A DNA stretch of 16,441 nucleotides, from positions 1 to 16,441 of the forward strand of contig JBBRLJ010000068.1 in NCBI GenBank assembly GCA_038231435.1, written 5' to 3'. Every line of letters starts with the position of its first letter. The first letter of the stretch is position 1. Of the stretch, positions 1 through 8,582 are shown in pieces. The notes under the pieces were generated by a model, which saw only the letters and a list, made by a program, of their open reading frames with translations, ran no database searches and had not been told where the DNA came from. The stretch is from Planctomycetota bacterium (GTDB lineage: Bacteria > Planctomycetota > UBA11346). A program made the position numbers and the translations under genes.

Positions 1-675
<675 letters not shown>

Positions 676-1065
676 CGGCACTGAACGGGTCGTCCACGGA
701 TCTCGGTCGGCGCCTGCGGTGCGCCACGTGGGGCTGCCGTCCGTGAACGAGAAGCTTATCGCGCGCGGGGCGTGGCACGGGTAATTCCGTTGGTCGCACT
801 GGTATTATGAGGGTGCCTTACTGCATTCGAATTCATATGTGGTCCCGACGAGAAAACCCAAGCTGGCGATACGGTACGCAGGCCATGTGACGCTCACCCA
901 TGACATGTACGACCTCGTCTAGTCCCGCACCATGTAGAATTCGGCGACTCTCGCCAACCCCGGGAAGAGGATGCCCATCCAATTCGCATTGGTCAGAAGC
1001 GCCCAGGCACCGGTGATTCTCTGAAGCGATGTGGACTCGAATCAGCAGGGCCAAAGCGCCCCTGG

Positions 1066-1674
1066 CTAAACGTGCTTCGGCAATCGCAGCCAGAAGCGGG
1101 TTCCGGAGGGCTCGAGCCCAGCGACACCTATCGCCCCCCTATGTGCGACCGCGACTTGTTTGCAGAAATGGAGTCCGAGGCCGGTGGCATGACGTTTCGC
1201 TTCACCCACTCCGAGCGATCCGAATTTTTTAAAGATGCTTTCGCGTGAATCGATGGGCACACCTGGACCAGCATCGTCTACCTGGATCTCGATGTGACTC
1301 GCCTCCTCCAAGCATCGGACATGGATGGGCTTACCCGAGGAGAACTTGATGGCATTGGATACGAGATTTGCGACGGCTCTCACCACCAGAGCCTTGTCCA
1401 GAGGAGCGTCCACCTGGCGCTCGGAGCGCTCGATGAGAACCCCAGACCCAACGCTCACGCGAGCTATTCCCTCCGCAATGACCGCATTCACGTTGCAGGA
1501 CGACACCTCGATGGGCATGGCTCCGGCTTCGATCCTGCTGACATCGAGGATCGTACTGATCATCTCGGTCAAGGTGCCGGTTATGCCAAGACACGATGCC
1601 ACATCATCCGCTATTTGGCCGCCGTCACCGGTCGCTATGTCCTTCCGCATGGCATCCCGAGACCCAGCCGCTAG
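1066..1674 (-). pseudogene. 5'-truncated sensor histidine kinase (second HisKA helix + HATPase_c)
   Basis: ORF 1066..1650, frame open up to 1674. It has the HisKA end (ILDVSRIEAG), N box NLVSNAIKF, G1 DDAGPGVP, F box IFKKF, G2 TGLGL and HRGAI. No phosphoacceptor H-box or sensor domain, and no clear RBS. Confidence 0.7.
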
Positions 1675-4600
1675 CTATGGCCCCGTCTTCACCTTGTCCG
1701 CCTTGCCGGGTTTTGCCGGCTTCTCGGCCTTCCCGTCCTTCCCGTCCTTTTCCACCTTCACCGCGCAGGTCACGGCAAGTTTCGTCTCTCCCAGCGTCAC
1801 CGTGATCGTCGCGGTCCCCGCGGCCCTCGCCAAGACCACGCCCTGGCTGTTGACGCTGGCGATGTTCGGATCGCTCGAGGACCACACGACCTCTTGTAAG
1901 GTGGCGTTCACCGGCGTCATCGACGCGAACAACGGCAGCGTGGCATCGATCTTCAGCGGCTTCGCCGGAGGGTTCAGGATCTGCACCTTCGTGGCTGCCA
2001 CCGTCGGCGCCGTGGCATCGACGCGGATCTTCACGTCGACGTCTGAGGTCGGATCGTTCGGCTTCGACACCTGCCCCCGATCGTCGAATGCCTTGGCGGT
2101 CATCAGCCACTCGCCGGCGGGTGCCTTGCGCCAGGTGAAGGCGAACGGCTTGGCGGTCGATTCGCCGATGACATGCTCGTTGCAGTAGAACTCGACCCGC
2201 TGCACGCCCGCGGAAGCGTCGACGCGGAGCGAGACGTCGCCGCCGGCTCTGAAGACCTCGTTCTCCTTCGGCGATGTGATCGCGACCTTTGGACGAGGCT
2301 TGGTCGCGGGCGCCTTGGTCGCGGCGCCGCAGAGGAAGCCATACGAGAATACCGATGGCGCCATGTTTTGCCCGACAGTGAACTCGCCCCCCCAGATGCT
2401 GTAGCGGTTCTCGAAGCGCACTTCGCTCAGCGGCCACGTGTCGACATCGGGATAGGCGGACGAGCGGCTGAAGTCCTCGTCACCGCTGAAGTGGAATCCA
2501 GGCCCGAAGATATCCACGCTTTCGCAGCTGCCGTAGGGCACGTAACCGGGCAGGATCTCGTTGTCGTAGACCATGCTGTCGTAGTCGATCAGCGCCCACG
2601 AATCCGGATGGAATGGAAACCTCACCGGGCGTTGGCCCAGGCCCGACATCCACACCATGTTCATCGGATTGCCGCCCAGGCAGTAGGCGGCGGTAGTATG
2701 CATGACGTCCAGGTACTTCTTGTCGCCGGTGATCGTGTAAGCGATGGCGGGATCGTAGAGCGACGGCGTGCTGAACAGGCCCATGCCGTGGATGCGGCCC
2801 CAGTCGGATCCGAAACGATAGCCGCGCTCCGCCGCCGTCTTGACGAATTCGCGGTCAGCCGCGGCCAGCACCGTGTCCTTGAGCGATTTCTGCAGCACGG
2901 CGTCCAGCCCCGGAAAATCGGCGGGCAGCAGCGCGTAGATGCCCGCGGCGAACTCCCACCAGTTTGGCGTACCCCAGCCCTCCTCGGAGGTTTGGAACGA
3001 GTGGTCTTGCGCGATGTCCGCGGCGAACTGCGCATGGTATGCGGCATCCTTCGTCGCGCGGAACAGACACAGCGAGGCCAGCATGCGCTCGCCGCGCAAC
3101 TTGGGCTCATCCCCCGGCCGTGTGTTCGCCTTCGCCCATTCGTAGGCGGCCTTCGCTTCGGTGATCCAGCCGGCGCTGTCTGGACTGGCCTTCTTGGCGG
3201 CCTTGTCGAGGCAGGTGGACAGCCACGCCGCAGTCGCCGCGTACTGGTACGTCACCTGCGGATCCTCGGCCGAGAACTTGAGCGCGCGGGTGTCCTTCCA
3301 CGACGCGCCCCCGGCACACGCATCGACGCCGCTGTAGCCGCCGGGAACTCCTCCGGTGGTCACGCCCGACTGCTGGCCGATGCTACGCGCGCGACGATAG
3401 AACTGGATGAGCCAACTCGCCTCGTCGAGCAGGTCCGGGACGCCGTTCTTGCCTTCCTCGACCCATGCGCCGTCTTTACCGTTCTTGTAGCGGTTGGCGA
3501 CCTGGCCATCGGCGAATTTGTCCGGAGCCAGATCGTAGAGCAGGAGCAGGCTCATGGGCACGAGTACGTGTCCGGGATAGCCGTCCCAGTCGCCGGCGTC
3601 GTGATACCAGCCCCAGATCTTGAGCGTGCCGGTGGGCGTGATCGCTGCGTTGTGATCCGGCTTGTCGAGCCAGCGCCAGTTCTTGTCGTACTGGAACTCG
3701 TTGAGGCCATCGTCCGGATGGTGGTCGCGCGGATACATCAGTCCGGGCTCGACCTCCTTGTCAATGCCGCTGCGCTGCGTGAAAAGCCCTCTGCTCGCCA
3801 GGTAATACGCTTTGCGGTAGGCATCGGCGTCGATCGAGAACGGGAATGAGCAGCCGAGGCCGTCGACGGCGACGCGATACTCGCCGGGTTCGGTGAAAGC
3901 GGTGAAGTCGCACTGCGACACGTCGGCTTCGGTGAAATTCTTCGGCACCGCCTGTCCCTTGGCGCCATTGAACGGCGTGCCGTCGAGCCTGGATGATGTC
4001 TGTGGAGCGCCGGTAACGTTGTCCTTGCGCGCCGACACCGTGCCGCTGAACACGCTCTCGCCGTCACTGACGCGCACGAGATGGAACGGCTTGCCGGTGA
4101 ACGCTTTGAGATCCGCCCCTCCGAGATCGCCCATCCAGTGCGACAGGTAGGCGAATTTCGGCTCCTCGGGCGTGAAGCCGATCTGGCTCACATGCACCGT
4201 CTCCGACCGCAGGCTGGCCTCGTGAAAGAGGAAGGTGAACGACTGGACCTCGCTCGCCAGTCCCTTGGCCTGAACCGTGGCCTGAACCGTGTAGGTGCAT
4301 CCGTGCTGCAACGATTGCGGCAGCACCAGGTAGATCCAGTGGTCGAGCACGAACTTCTCGGGCCGGAACATCGACAGGGTGTCCCTCGCCTTCGACTTGC
4401 GCCCGACCTTCGTCGGCTGCTGCCCGGTCTTGAATCGGGAGTCATCCTCGCTGGAGATGCTGTAATTGGACGCGACGACGGCGGCGACGGTATCGAGCTG
4501 CGAGATGTACGGTCGCGCATCCTTCTCATCCAGACCCTGATCGATGTGCCCTTCATTGAATTGGACCGCGATGATCGTGTCGCTGACCGGGTTCACGCTC

Positions 4601-4683
4601 CTCAGGTCGGCCGCGAAGCCGGCGGGGCACACGAGCGCGAGCAGGACGAACATGGCGAAGGATCGCGACGGACGGGTGGTCAT
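1675..4683 (-). CDS. Secreted glycoside hydrolase family 9 (CelD_N Ig-like + GH9 + two C-terminal Ig-like domains), 1002 aa
   Basis: Signal peptide (MTTRPSRSFAMFVLLALVCPAGFA) and AGGAG RBS. CelD_N motifs VHVSQIGF and DFTAFTEPGEYRV. GH9 motifs GWYHDAGDWD, DLLDEASW, LGGNPMNMVWMSGLG..H and GEFTV. Bacterial Ig-like domain (VAITSP..VEFY..PFAFTW..AKAFDDRG) and Big_2-like domain (VVWSSSDPNIASVNSQGVV..AAGTATITVT). Confidence 0.88.
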   Translation of the reverse strand: MTTRPSRSFAMFVLLALVCPAGFAADLRSVNPVSDTIIAVQFNEGHIDQGLDEKDARPYISQLDTVAAVVASNYSISSEDDSRFKTGQQPTKVGRKSKARDTLSMFRPEKFVLDHWIYLVLPQSLQHGCTYTVQATVQAKGLASEVQSFTFLFHEASLRSETVHVSQIGFTPEEPKFAYLSHWMGDLGGADLKAFTGKPFHLVRVSDGESVFSGTVSARKDNVTGAPQTSSRLDGTPFNGAKGQAVPKNFTEADVSQCDFTAFTEPGEYRVAVDGLGCSFPFSIDADAYRKAYYLASRGLFTQRSGIDKEVEPGLMYPRDHHPDDGLNEFQYDKNWRWLDKPDHNAAITPTGTLKIWGWYHDAGDWDGYPGHVLVPMSLLLLYDLAPDKFADGQVANRYKNGKDGAWVEEGKNGVPDLLDEASWLIQFYRRARSIGQQSGVTTGGVPGGYSGVDACAGGASWKDTRALKFSAEDPQVTYQYAATAAWLSTCLDKAAKKASPDSAGWITEAKAAYEWAKANTRPGDEPKLRGERMLASLCLFRATKDAAYHAQFAADIAQDHSFQTSEEGWGTPNWWEFAAGIYALLPADFPGLDAVLQKSLKDTVLAAADREFVKTAAERGYRFGSDWGRIHGMGLFSTPSLYDPAIAYTITGDKKYLDVMHTTAAYCLGGNPMNMVWMSGLGQRPVRFPFHPDSWALIDYDSMVYDNEILPGYVPYGSCESVDIFGPGFHFSGDEDFSRSSAYPDVDTWPLSEVRFENRYSIWGGEFTVGQNMAPSVFSYGFLCGAATKAPATKPRPKVAITSPKENEVFRAGGDVSLRVDASAGVQRVEFYCNEHVIGESTAKPFAFTWRKAPAGEWLMTAKAFDDRGQVSKPNDPTSDVDVKIRVDATAPTVAATKVQILNPPAKPLKIDATLPLFASMTPVNATLQEVVWSSSDPNIASVNSQGVVLARAAGTATITVTLGETKLAVTCAVKVEKDGKDGKAEKPAKPGKADKVKTGP

Positions 4684-4916
4684 GGATCGGTCTCTCCTGA
4701 ATCGGGGTAGGGTCCCATATGCTCCTCCTCCGCACCAGCAGATAGTGACATGGAAGTTGGCGATGGTCGATCGGAGGGTGATCTACCCTCGCCTGCACCG
4801 AACGCGGACGCACAGGTCGAATCAAGAGTTCCGGCAATGGCCCGCCAGCCGCGGTGCTCACCCGACTCGACCCCAGCCTGGCTGGCATGCCGTAGGCCCG
4901 GGCCATACTCGCCGAC

Positions 4917-5525
4917 GTGCCTCGACCAACGCCAGCCAAGGCCGCCTCGCAACCATCGCCGACGAGCACGGCGATGCTCGCGACGGCGTACCTGCGCGAT
5001 CCGAAACGATCACTCACCGCGCTGGCCGCCGAGCTCGGCATCTCGCGCCAGGCGGTCTCCGCCACGCTCAAGCGCGCCGAGCAGGACGGCCTGATACCCG
5101 AACGGCCGTCGGTCATCAAGGCGGAGCGTCGGGCGCGTGACGGCAAGGCCGCTGTGGCGGCGCTTGCCGAGGGGGCAACGGTCGCGGAAGCGGCTGCCTC
5201 GACCGGCATGACGCCCAAGCAGATCTACCGCCTCATCGACGTCGACGACGGCGCGCGGAAGGCGTACGAGTCCGGACGCGAGCGGGCCGAGCGCGAGCGC
5301 GACGGCGCCACGCGCCGGATCCGCCAGACCATAGCCTGGCGAGGGCTGACCGAGGCCGCGGCTGCCCAGGCCGTCGGCCTGACCCCTGGAGCGCTCAGCC
5401 AGATCCTCACCGGCAGGATGGCGCTCCACCGCGAGATCGTGGACTCACTGGCCACCGCGCTGCGCGTACCGCTCGTCTGGCTGCGCGCGGGCGAACGTCG
5501 GCCAGAAGGATTTCGCACGACCTGA
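4917..5525 (+). CDS. Putative DNA-binding protein with three HTH motifs (C-terminal XRE/Cro-C1 type)
   Basis: HTH-like segments SLTALAAELGISRQAVSATLKR, TVAEAAASTGMTPKQIYRLI and LTEAAAAQAVGLTPGALSQILTGR..LATALRVPLVWL. GC-ending codon bias. GTG start at 4917; alternative ATG at 4974. Confidence 0.72.
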   Translation: MPRPTPAKAASQPSPTSTAMLATAYLRDPKRSLTALAAELGISRQAVSATLKRAEQDGLIPERPSVIKAERRARDGKAAVAALAEGATVAEAAASTGMTPKQIYRLIDVDDGARKAYESGRERAERERDGATRRIRQTIAWRGLTEAAAAQAVGLTPGALSQILTGRMALHREIVDSLATALRVPLVWLRAGERRPEGFRTT

Positions 5526-5642
5526 ATCGCACGCACTGCAGCGCACGACCTGACGGACGGGTCCGGGCGTCGAGGGCGGAGGAGACGGGTCTGGTCGGGA
5601 CGTAGATCGCGCTACCGTCGTGCACACCCGTTGGAGCCCCTC

Positions 5643-6101
5643 ATGTTCGGCGAATTTCGTGAATTCATCATGCGCGGCAACGTCGTCGACCTCGCGGTCG
5701 CGGTGATCATCGGCGCGGCCTTCGGCACCATCGTCACCTCGATGGTCAATGACGTGCTGATGCCCCCGATCGGCGTGCTCTCCGGCGGCCTCGACTTCAA
5801 GGACCACTTCGTCGTCCTGAGCGTCGAGAAAGCCACGCAGTTCGCCAAGGCCAGCGGGCATCCCCTGATGTCGTTGGCCGAGGCGCGGGCCAGCGGAGTC
5901 CCGGTGATCGCCTACGGCGCGTTCATCAACAGCTTGATCAACTTCCTGATCATCGCCTTCTGCATCTTCGTGGTGATCAAGTCGACCAAGCATTTCCAGA
6001 AGCCGCACGTCGCCGCGGTCGACACCAAGAGCTGCCCGCGCTGCCTGTCGACAGTGCCCTTCAAGGCCTCGAAGTGCCGGGAGTGCACGGCCGACATCTG
6101 A
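5643..6101 (+). CDS. mscL: Large-conductance mechanosensitive channel, 152 aa, with C-terminal CxxC-CxxC tail
   Basis: [41 protein letters not shown] and [16 protein letters not shown] motifs. GGAG lies just upstream of ATG 5643. Confidence 0.96.
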   Translation: MFGEFREFIMRGNVVDLAVAVIIGAAFGTIVTSMVNDVLMPPIGVLSGGLDFKDHFVVLSVEKATQFAKASGHPLMSLAEARASGVPVIAYGAFINSLINFLIIAFCIFVVIKSTKHFQKPHVAAVDTKSCPRCLSTVPFKASKCRECTADI

Positions 6102-6173
6102 ACGCCCACGCGACCATGATGGACGCGAAGGCGGAGGCAGAGGCAGACAGCTCGCCGGCCCACCCGGAAGGCA

Positions 6174-6971
6174 TCACGAAGCGTTCGCTCCGTCGCGGGT
6201 CATATGGTGGTTCCAGCCACGCAGCACCAGATGGCTGCACGGATGGCCTTCGCCATGCATACGGTCTTGGCCGCTGAATAGCTGCACGAGCACGTGCTTG
6301 CGCGGCAGCGCACCGCGATTCGCCAGCGAGGCGTGCACGGTGAGGTACGAAAAGAACAGCAGGTCGCCGGGTGCACAGATAAGCGGCAGCGAGTCTTCCA
6401 TGGGGAAGCGGGCGGCGAACGCCGCATCGTCGCCCATCGAACGCGCCTGGGCGCCGAGGCGATGGCTGCCGGGCCAGACGCGCAGGCAGCCGTTGCTCTC
6501 GTCCTGTGGCGTGAGCGCGACGTTCATCGCGAGCATGCTGTCGGCGACGGTGGGGAAGTAGCCGTGATCCTGATGCGGCGGGAACGCCGCGCCGCGACCG
6601 GCGGGCTTGAGGAACAGCTTGGTGTGGTGCATGACGAGGTCCGGGCCGAGCAGCGACTCGCAGACATCGAGCACCCGGTCGTTGTGGAGCAGTCGCGCCC
6701 AGGCGGCGGAATACTTCTGCACCTGATGGGTATGGATGACCTCGGTGCCGCCGCCATCGAGCGCGGTGGTGTTGGCGTTCTCCCAGCGCGCGTTGATGAC
6801 CTCGCCCGACCGCACCAGCTGATCCACGATGCGATCGAAATCCCGTTCGAGAACGCCCACCTCGGGCCGCCCGAGGACTCCGCGTGCATGGTAGAAACCA
6901 TGCTCGGCATAGAATGAGGCCACTGCGGCGCGATCGCTGTGGGCGGGGCTCAGGGGAAGGATGGCTGGCAT
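6174..6971 (-). CDS. Phytanoyl-CoA dioxygenase (PhyH) family Fe(II)/2-oxoglutarate oxygenase
   Basis: FYAEHGF N-terminus, KLFLKP, HQD iron ligands, NGCLRVWPGSH, GDLLFF..LTVHAS..N..R. GGAGG RBS upstream of the ATG. Confidence 0.9.
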   Translation of the reverse strand: MPAILPLSPAHSDRAAVASFYAEHGFYHARGVLGRPEVGVLERDFDRIVDQLVRSGEVINARWENANTTALDGGGTEVIHTHQVQKYSAAWARLLHNDRVLDVCESLLGPDLVMHHTKLFLKPAGRGAAFPPHQDHGYFPTVADSMLAMNVALTPQDESNGCLRVWPGSHRLGAQARSMGDDAAFAARFPMEDSLPLICAPGDLLFFSYLTVHASLANRGALPRKHVLVQLFSGQDRMHGEGHPCSHLVLRGWNHHMTRDGANAS

Positions 6972-6992
6972 GTGACCTCCGGATTTCCGGGC

Positions 6993-7022
6993 ATCCTACC
7001 AAGATGGCCCCCTATCTGGCAA
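6993..7022 (-). promoter_or_regulatory. Candidate sigma70-type promoter of the PhyH gene
   Basis: Minus strand reads TTGCCA (7022-7017), 18 nt, then TAGGAT (6998-6993), preceded by TGn (extended -10). It ends 21 nt upstream of the ATG. Confidence 0.5.
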
Positions 7023-7047
7023 GTGGACCGCGCCCACACTGCATGGT

Positions 7048-7899
7048 ATGAATTCAACACTGAAGTCGCCACTGATGTCACCAGACCCCCTCTTTCCCTG
7101 GTCCAGCGCCGCACTGCCCGAGGTCCTGCTCGCCGGGCGCTACCGGCTCGACGACCGCGGCTTCGTCTACGCCTACCGCAGCGAGATCCACGCCCTGCAC
7201 CTCTACGAGTACCGTGGAGCGATGCGCCTATGCGGCCGCGAGGTCGCGCTCGCACCCGGCGACCTGACGCTCTCACCCGCCGGTGGCGAGACCCGCTACG
7301 ACCTGCCGCTGCCCGGCCACCACTGGTGCGTGCATTTCCGCGACGCGCGCCCAGCGGGCGCGCCACTCGCGATCCCGGTGCACCTCGCGCTCGGCACGCT
7401 CAAGCCGCGCGCCATCGACGCCATCCAACGCATCGCTGGACTGATGGCAGCGCCGGCGGCGGAGGCCGGGTTCGCTCGCCCAGCGGCGTCGGAGGCGCTG
7501 CTCGAACTGCTGCTGACCCTGGCCGCGCACACCTCGCGCGTGAAATCTCGCGAGCGCGCACCGAAGGCTCGCGGCGCGGCCGAGCGCGCGGCGGCGCTGC
7601 TCGACGCCGAGCTGGCGGTGCCGCCGAGCGCGAGCGCGGTGGCGCGCCGGGTCGGACTGTCGCCGAACTGGCTCGCGCGCGCCTTCCGCGCGCGCTACGG
7701 CACCACCATGGCGCGTTACGTGCTCGCGGCGCGCGTGGCGATGGCGCAGAGCCTGCTGCGCGGCACCGATCTGCCGGTCGGCCGCATTGCCGAGCGGCTC
7801 GGCTTCCTCGACGCCCAGCACTTCAACAAGCAGTTCCGTCGCGCCGCCGGCTGCAGCCCCAGCTCGTTCCGCCTGCGCGGCGGCGAGACCCGGCGCTGA
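7048..7899 (+). CDS. AraC family transcriptional regulator
   Basis: N-terminal cupin-like region (LAPGDLTLSPAG..HHWCVHF) and C-terminal double HTH (VARRVGLSPNWLARAFR; IAERLGFLDAQHFNKQFRRAAGCSPSSFR). Alternative start at 7075. Confidence 0.92.
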   Translation: MNSTLKSPLMSPDPLFPWSSAALPEVLLAGRYRLDDRGFVYAYRSEIHALHLYEYRGAMRLCGREVALAPGDLTLSPAGGETRYDLPLPGHHWCVHFRDARPAGAPLAIPVHLALGTLKPRAIDAIQRIAGLMAAPAAEAGFARPAASEALLELLLTLAAHTSRVKSRERAPKARGAAERAAALLDAELAVPPSASAVARRVGLSPNWLARAFRARYGTTMARYVLAARVAMAQSLLRGTDLPVGRIAERLGFLDAQHFNKQFRRAAGCSPSSFRLRGGETRR

Positions 7900-7941
7900 T
7901 ACCGGGCAGACGGTCACTACGGGCGCGGCGGCCGATCGGGT

Positions 7942-8308
7942 TCACTTGCTGAAACCGATGCGGTCGACGTAGAGGTCGAAGGCGAAGCCCTTCGCTCCGG
8001 TGTGAGTGTTGATGACCATCGCGCACAGCTGCTTGATGCTGAAATCCGCCCCGGTGAAATCCGCGAGCGGGATGACCACGTCGTGCCACATGTCGTCGTA
8101 GGCCTTCGGGCAGTACTTCAGCAACTCGACCTCGCTGCTGTTGACGTTCGACTCGGTGGTGCCGACGACGCTCGATCACCACCACCGGCATGGGCGGGGG
8201 CCATTCGGCTGGCTGATGTGCTGGAGCGCAGGCCCTCCGCAACCCGCCAACGAGACCAGGACCAGCGCCAAGGCCGCCATCGAACATGTTCCAGCGCCTG
8301 CGGCACAT
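7942..8308 (-). pseudogene. Decayed lipoprotein with the C-terminal half of a carbohydrate-binding-module-like beta-sandwich
   Basis: Frame 7942..8175 encodes ..SEVELLKYCPKAYDDMWHDVVIPLADF..FDLYVDRIGFSK with GC-ending codons. The same frame upstream of TGA 8176-8178 gives MAALALVLVSLAGC (ATG 8280, lipobox). A basic n-region MCRRRW (ATG 8308) is 1 nt out of frame. Confidence 0.55.
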
Positions 8309-8328
8309 CTGATATTAAGACTGGTATT
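8305..8328 (+). promoter_or_regulatory. Candidate operator, copy 1 (ACATCTGATATTAAGACTGGTATT)
   Basis: 18/24 identical to the minus-strand site at 9660-9683. Contains two CTGRTATT direct repeats with a 12-nt period. Confidence 0.42.
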
Positions 8329-8404
8329 TTAGGTGCATCTGAGGAAATCCAAATCCGCCATGGCTCGGATGGGCCAGGCGCACTGACTTAGCGGCTAGGC
8401 TGCG

Positions 8405-8449
8405 TTAATATCTTATAAGATCATTATTTATAATAATATACATCGATAT
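8405..8449. promoter_or_regulatory. AT-rich patch with two adjacent dyads and a TATAAT
   Basis: Only 6 G/C in 45 nt. Perfect palindrome ATCTTATAAGAT (8410-8421), ATTATT-tat-AATAAT (8423-8437) and TATAAT (8429-8434). Confidence 0.4.
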
Positions 8450-8582
8450 GGACGCGCTCGACCCACACTACACGGCTACCGTCCCGACGACCATATCCAG
8501 CCTGTGCGCAGTTAGGAAGGCCCAGACCCGCGTCCGGGCTACGGGATCAATCCGGTATCTATGCCGCCAGCGCCAGCGAGCT

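Noticed and set aside
783..793. AATTCCGTTGG also present, reverse-complemented, at 15186-15196
   Set aside because: An 11-nt match is expected by chance in a window this size, and there is no shared context.
833..1054. 73-aa minus-strand ORF
   Set aside because: TTG start, no RBS, codon usage unlike the host, no recognisable motif.
2173..3849. Long antisense or alternate-frame ORFs (also 9836..11317, 12373..13425, 12686..14083 and others)
   Set aside because: Shadows of real high-GC genes; Arg/Ala-rich with no domain motifs.
4917..5525. Transposase or recombinase
   Set aside because: No DDE, serine or tyrosine recombinase catalytic domain, and no terminal repeats seen.
6030..6101. Zinc-ribbon-like tail on MscL as a novelty
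   Set aside because: This CxxC-CxxC tail is a common known MscL variant.
8176..8178. In-frame TGA as selenocysteine or recoding
   Set aside because: No redox-motif context and only a trivial downstream hairpin; TGA is a normal stop in other genes here, and decay explains it better.
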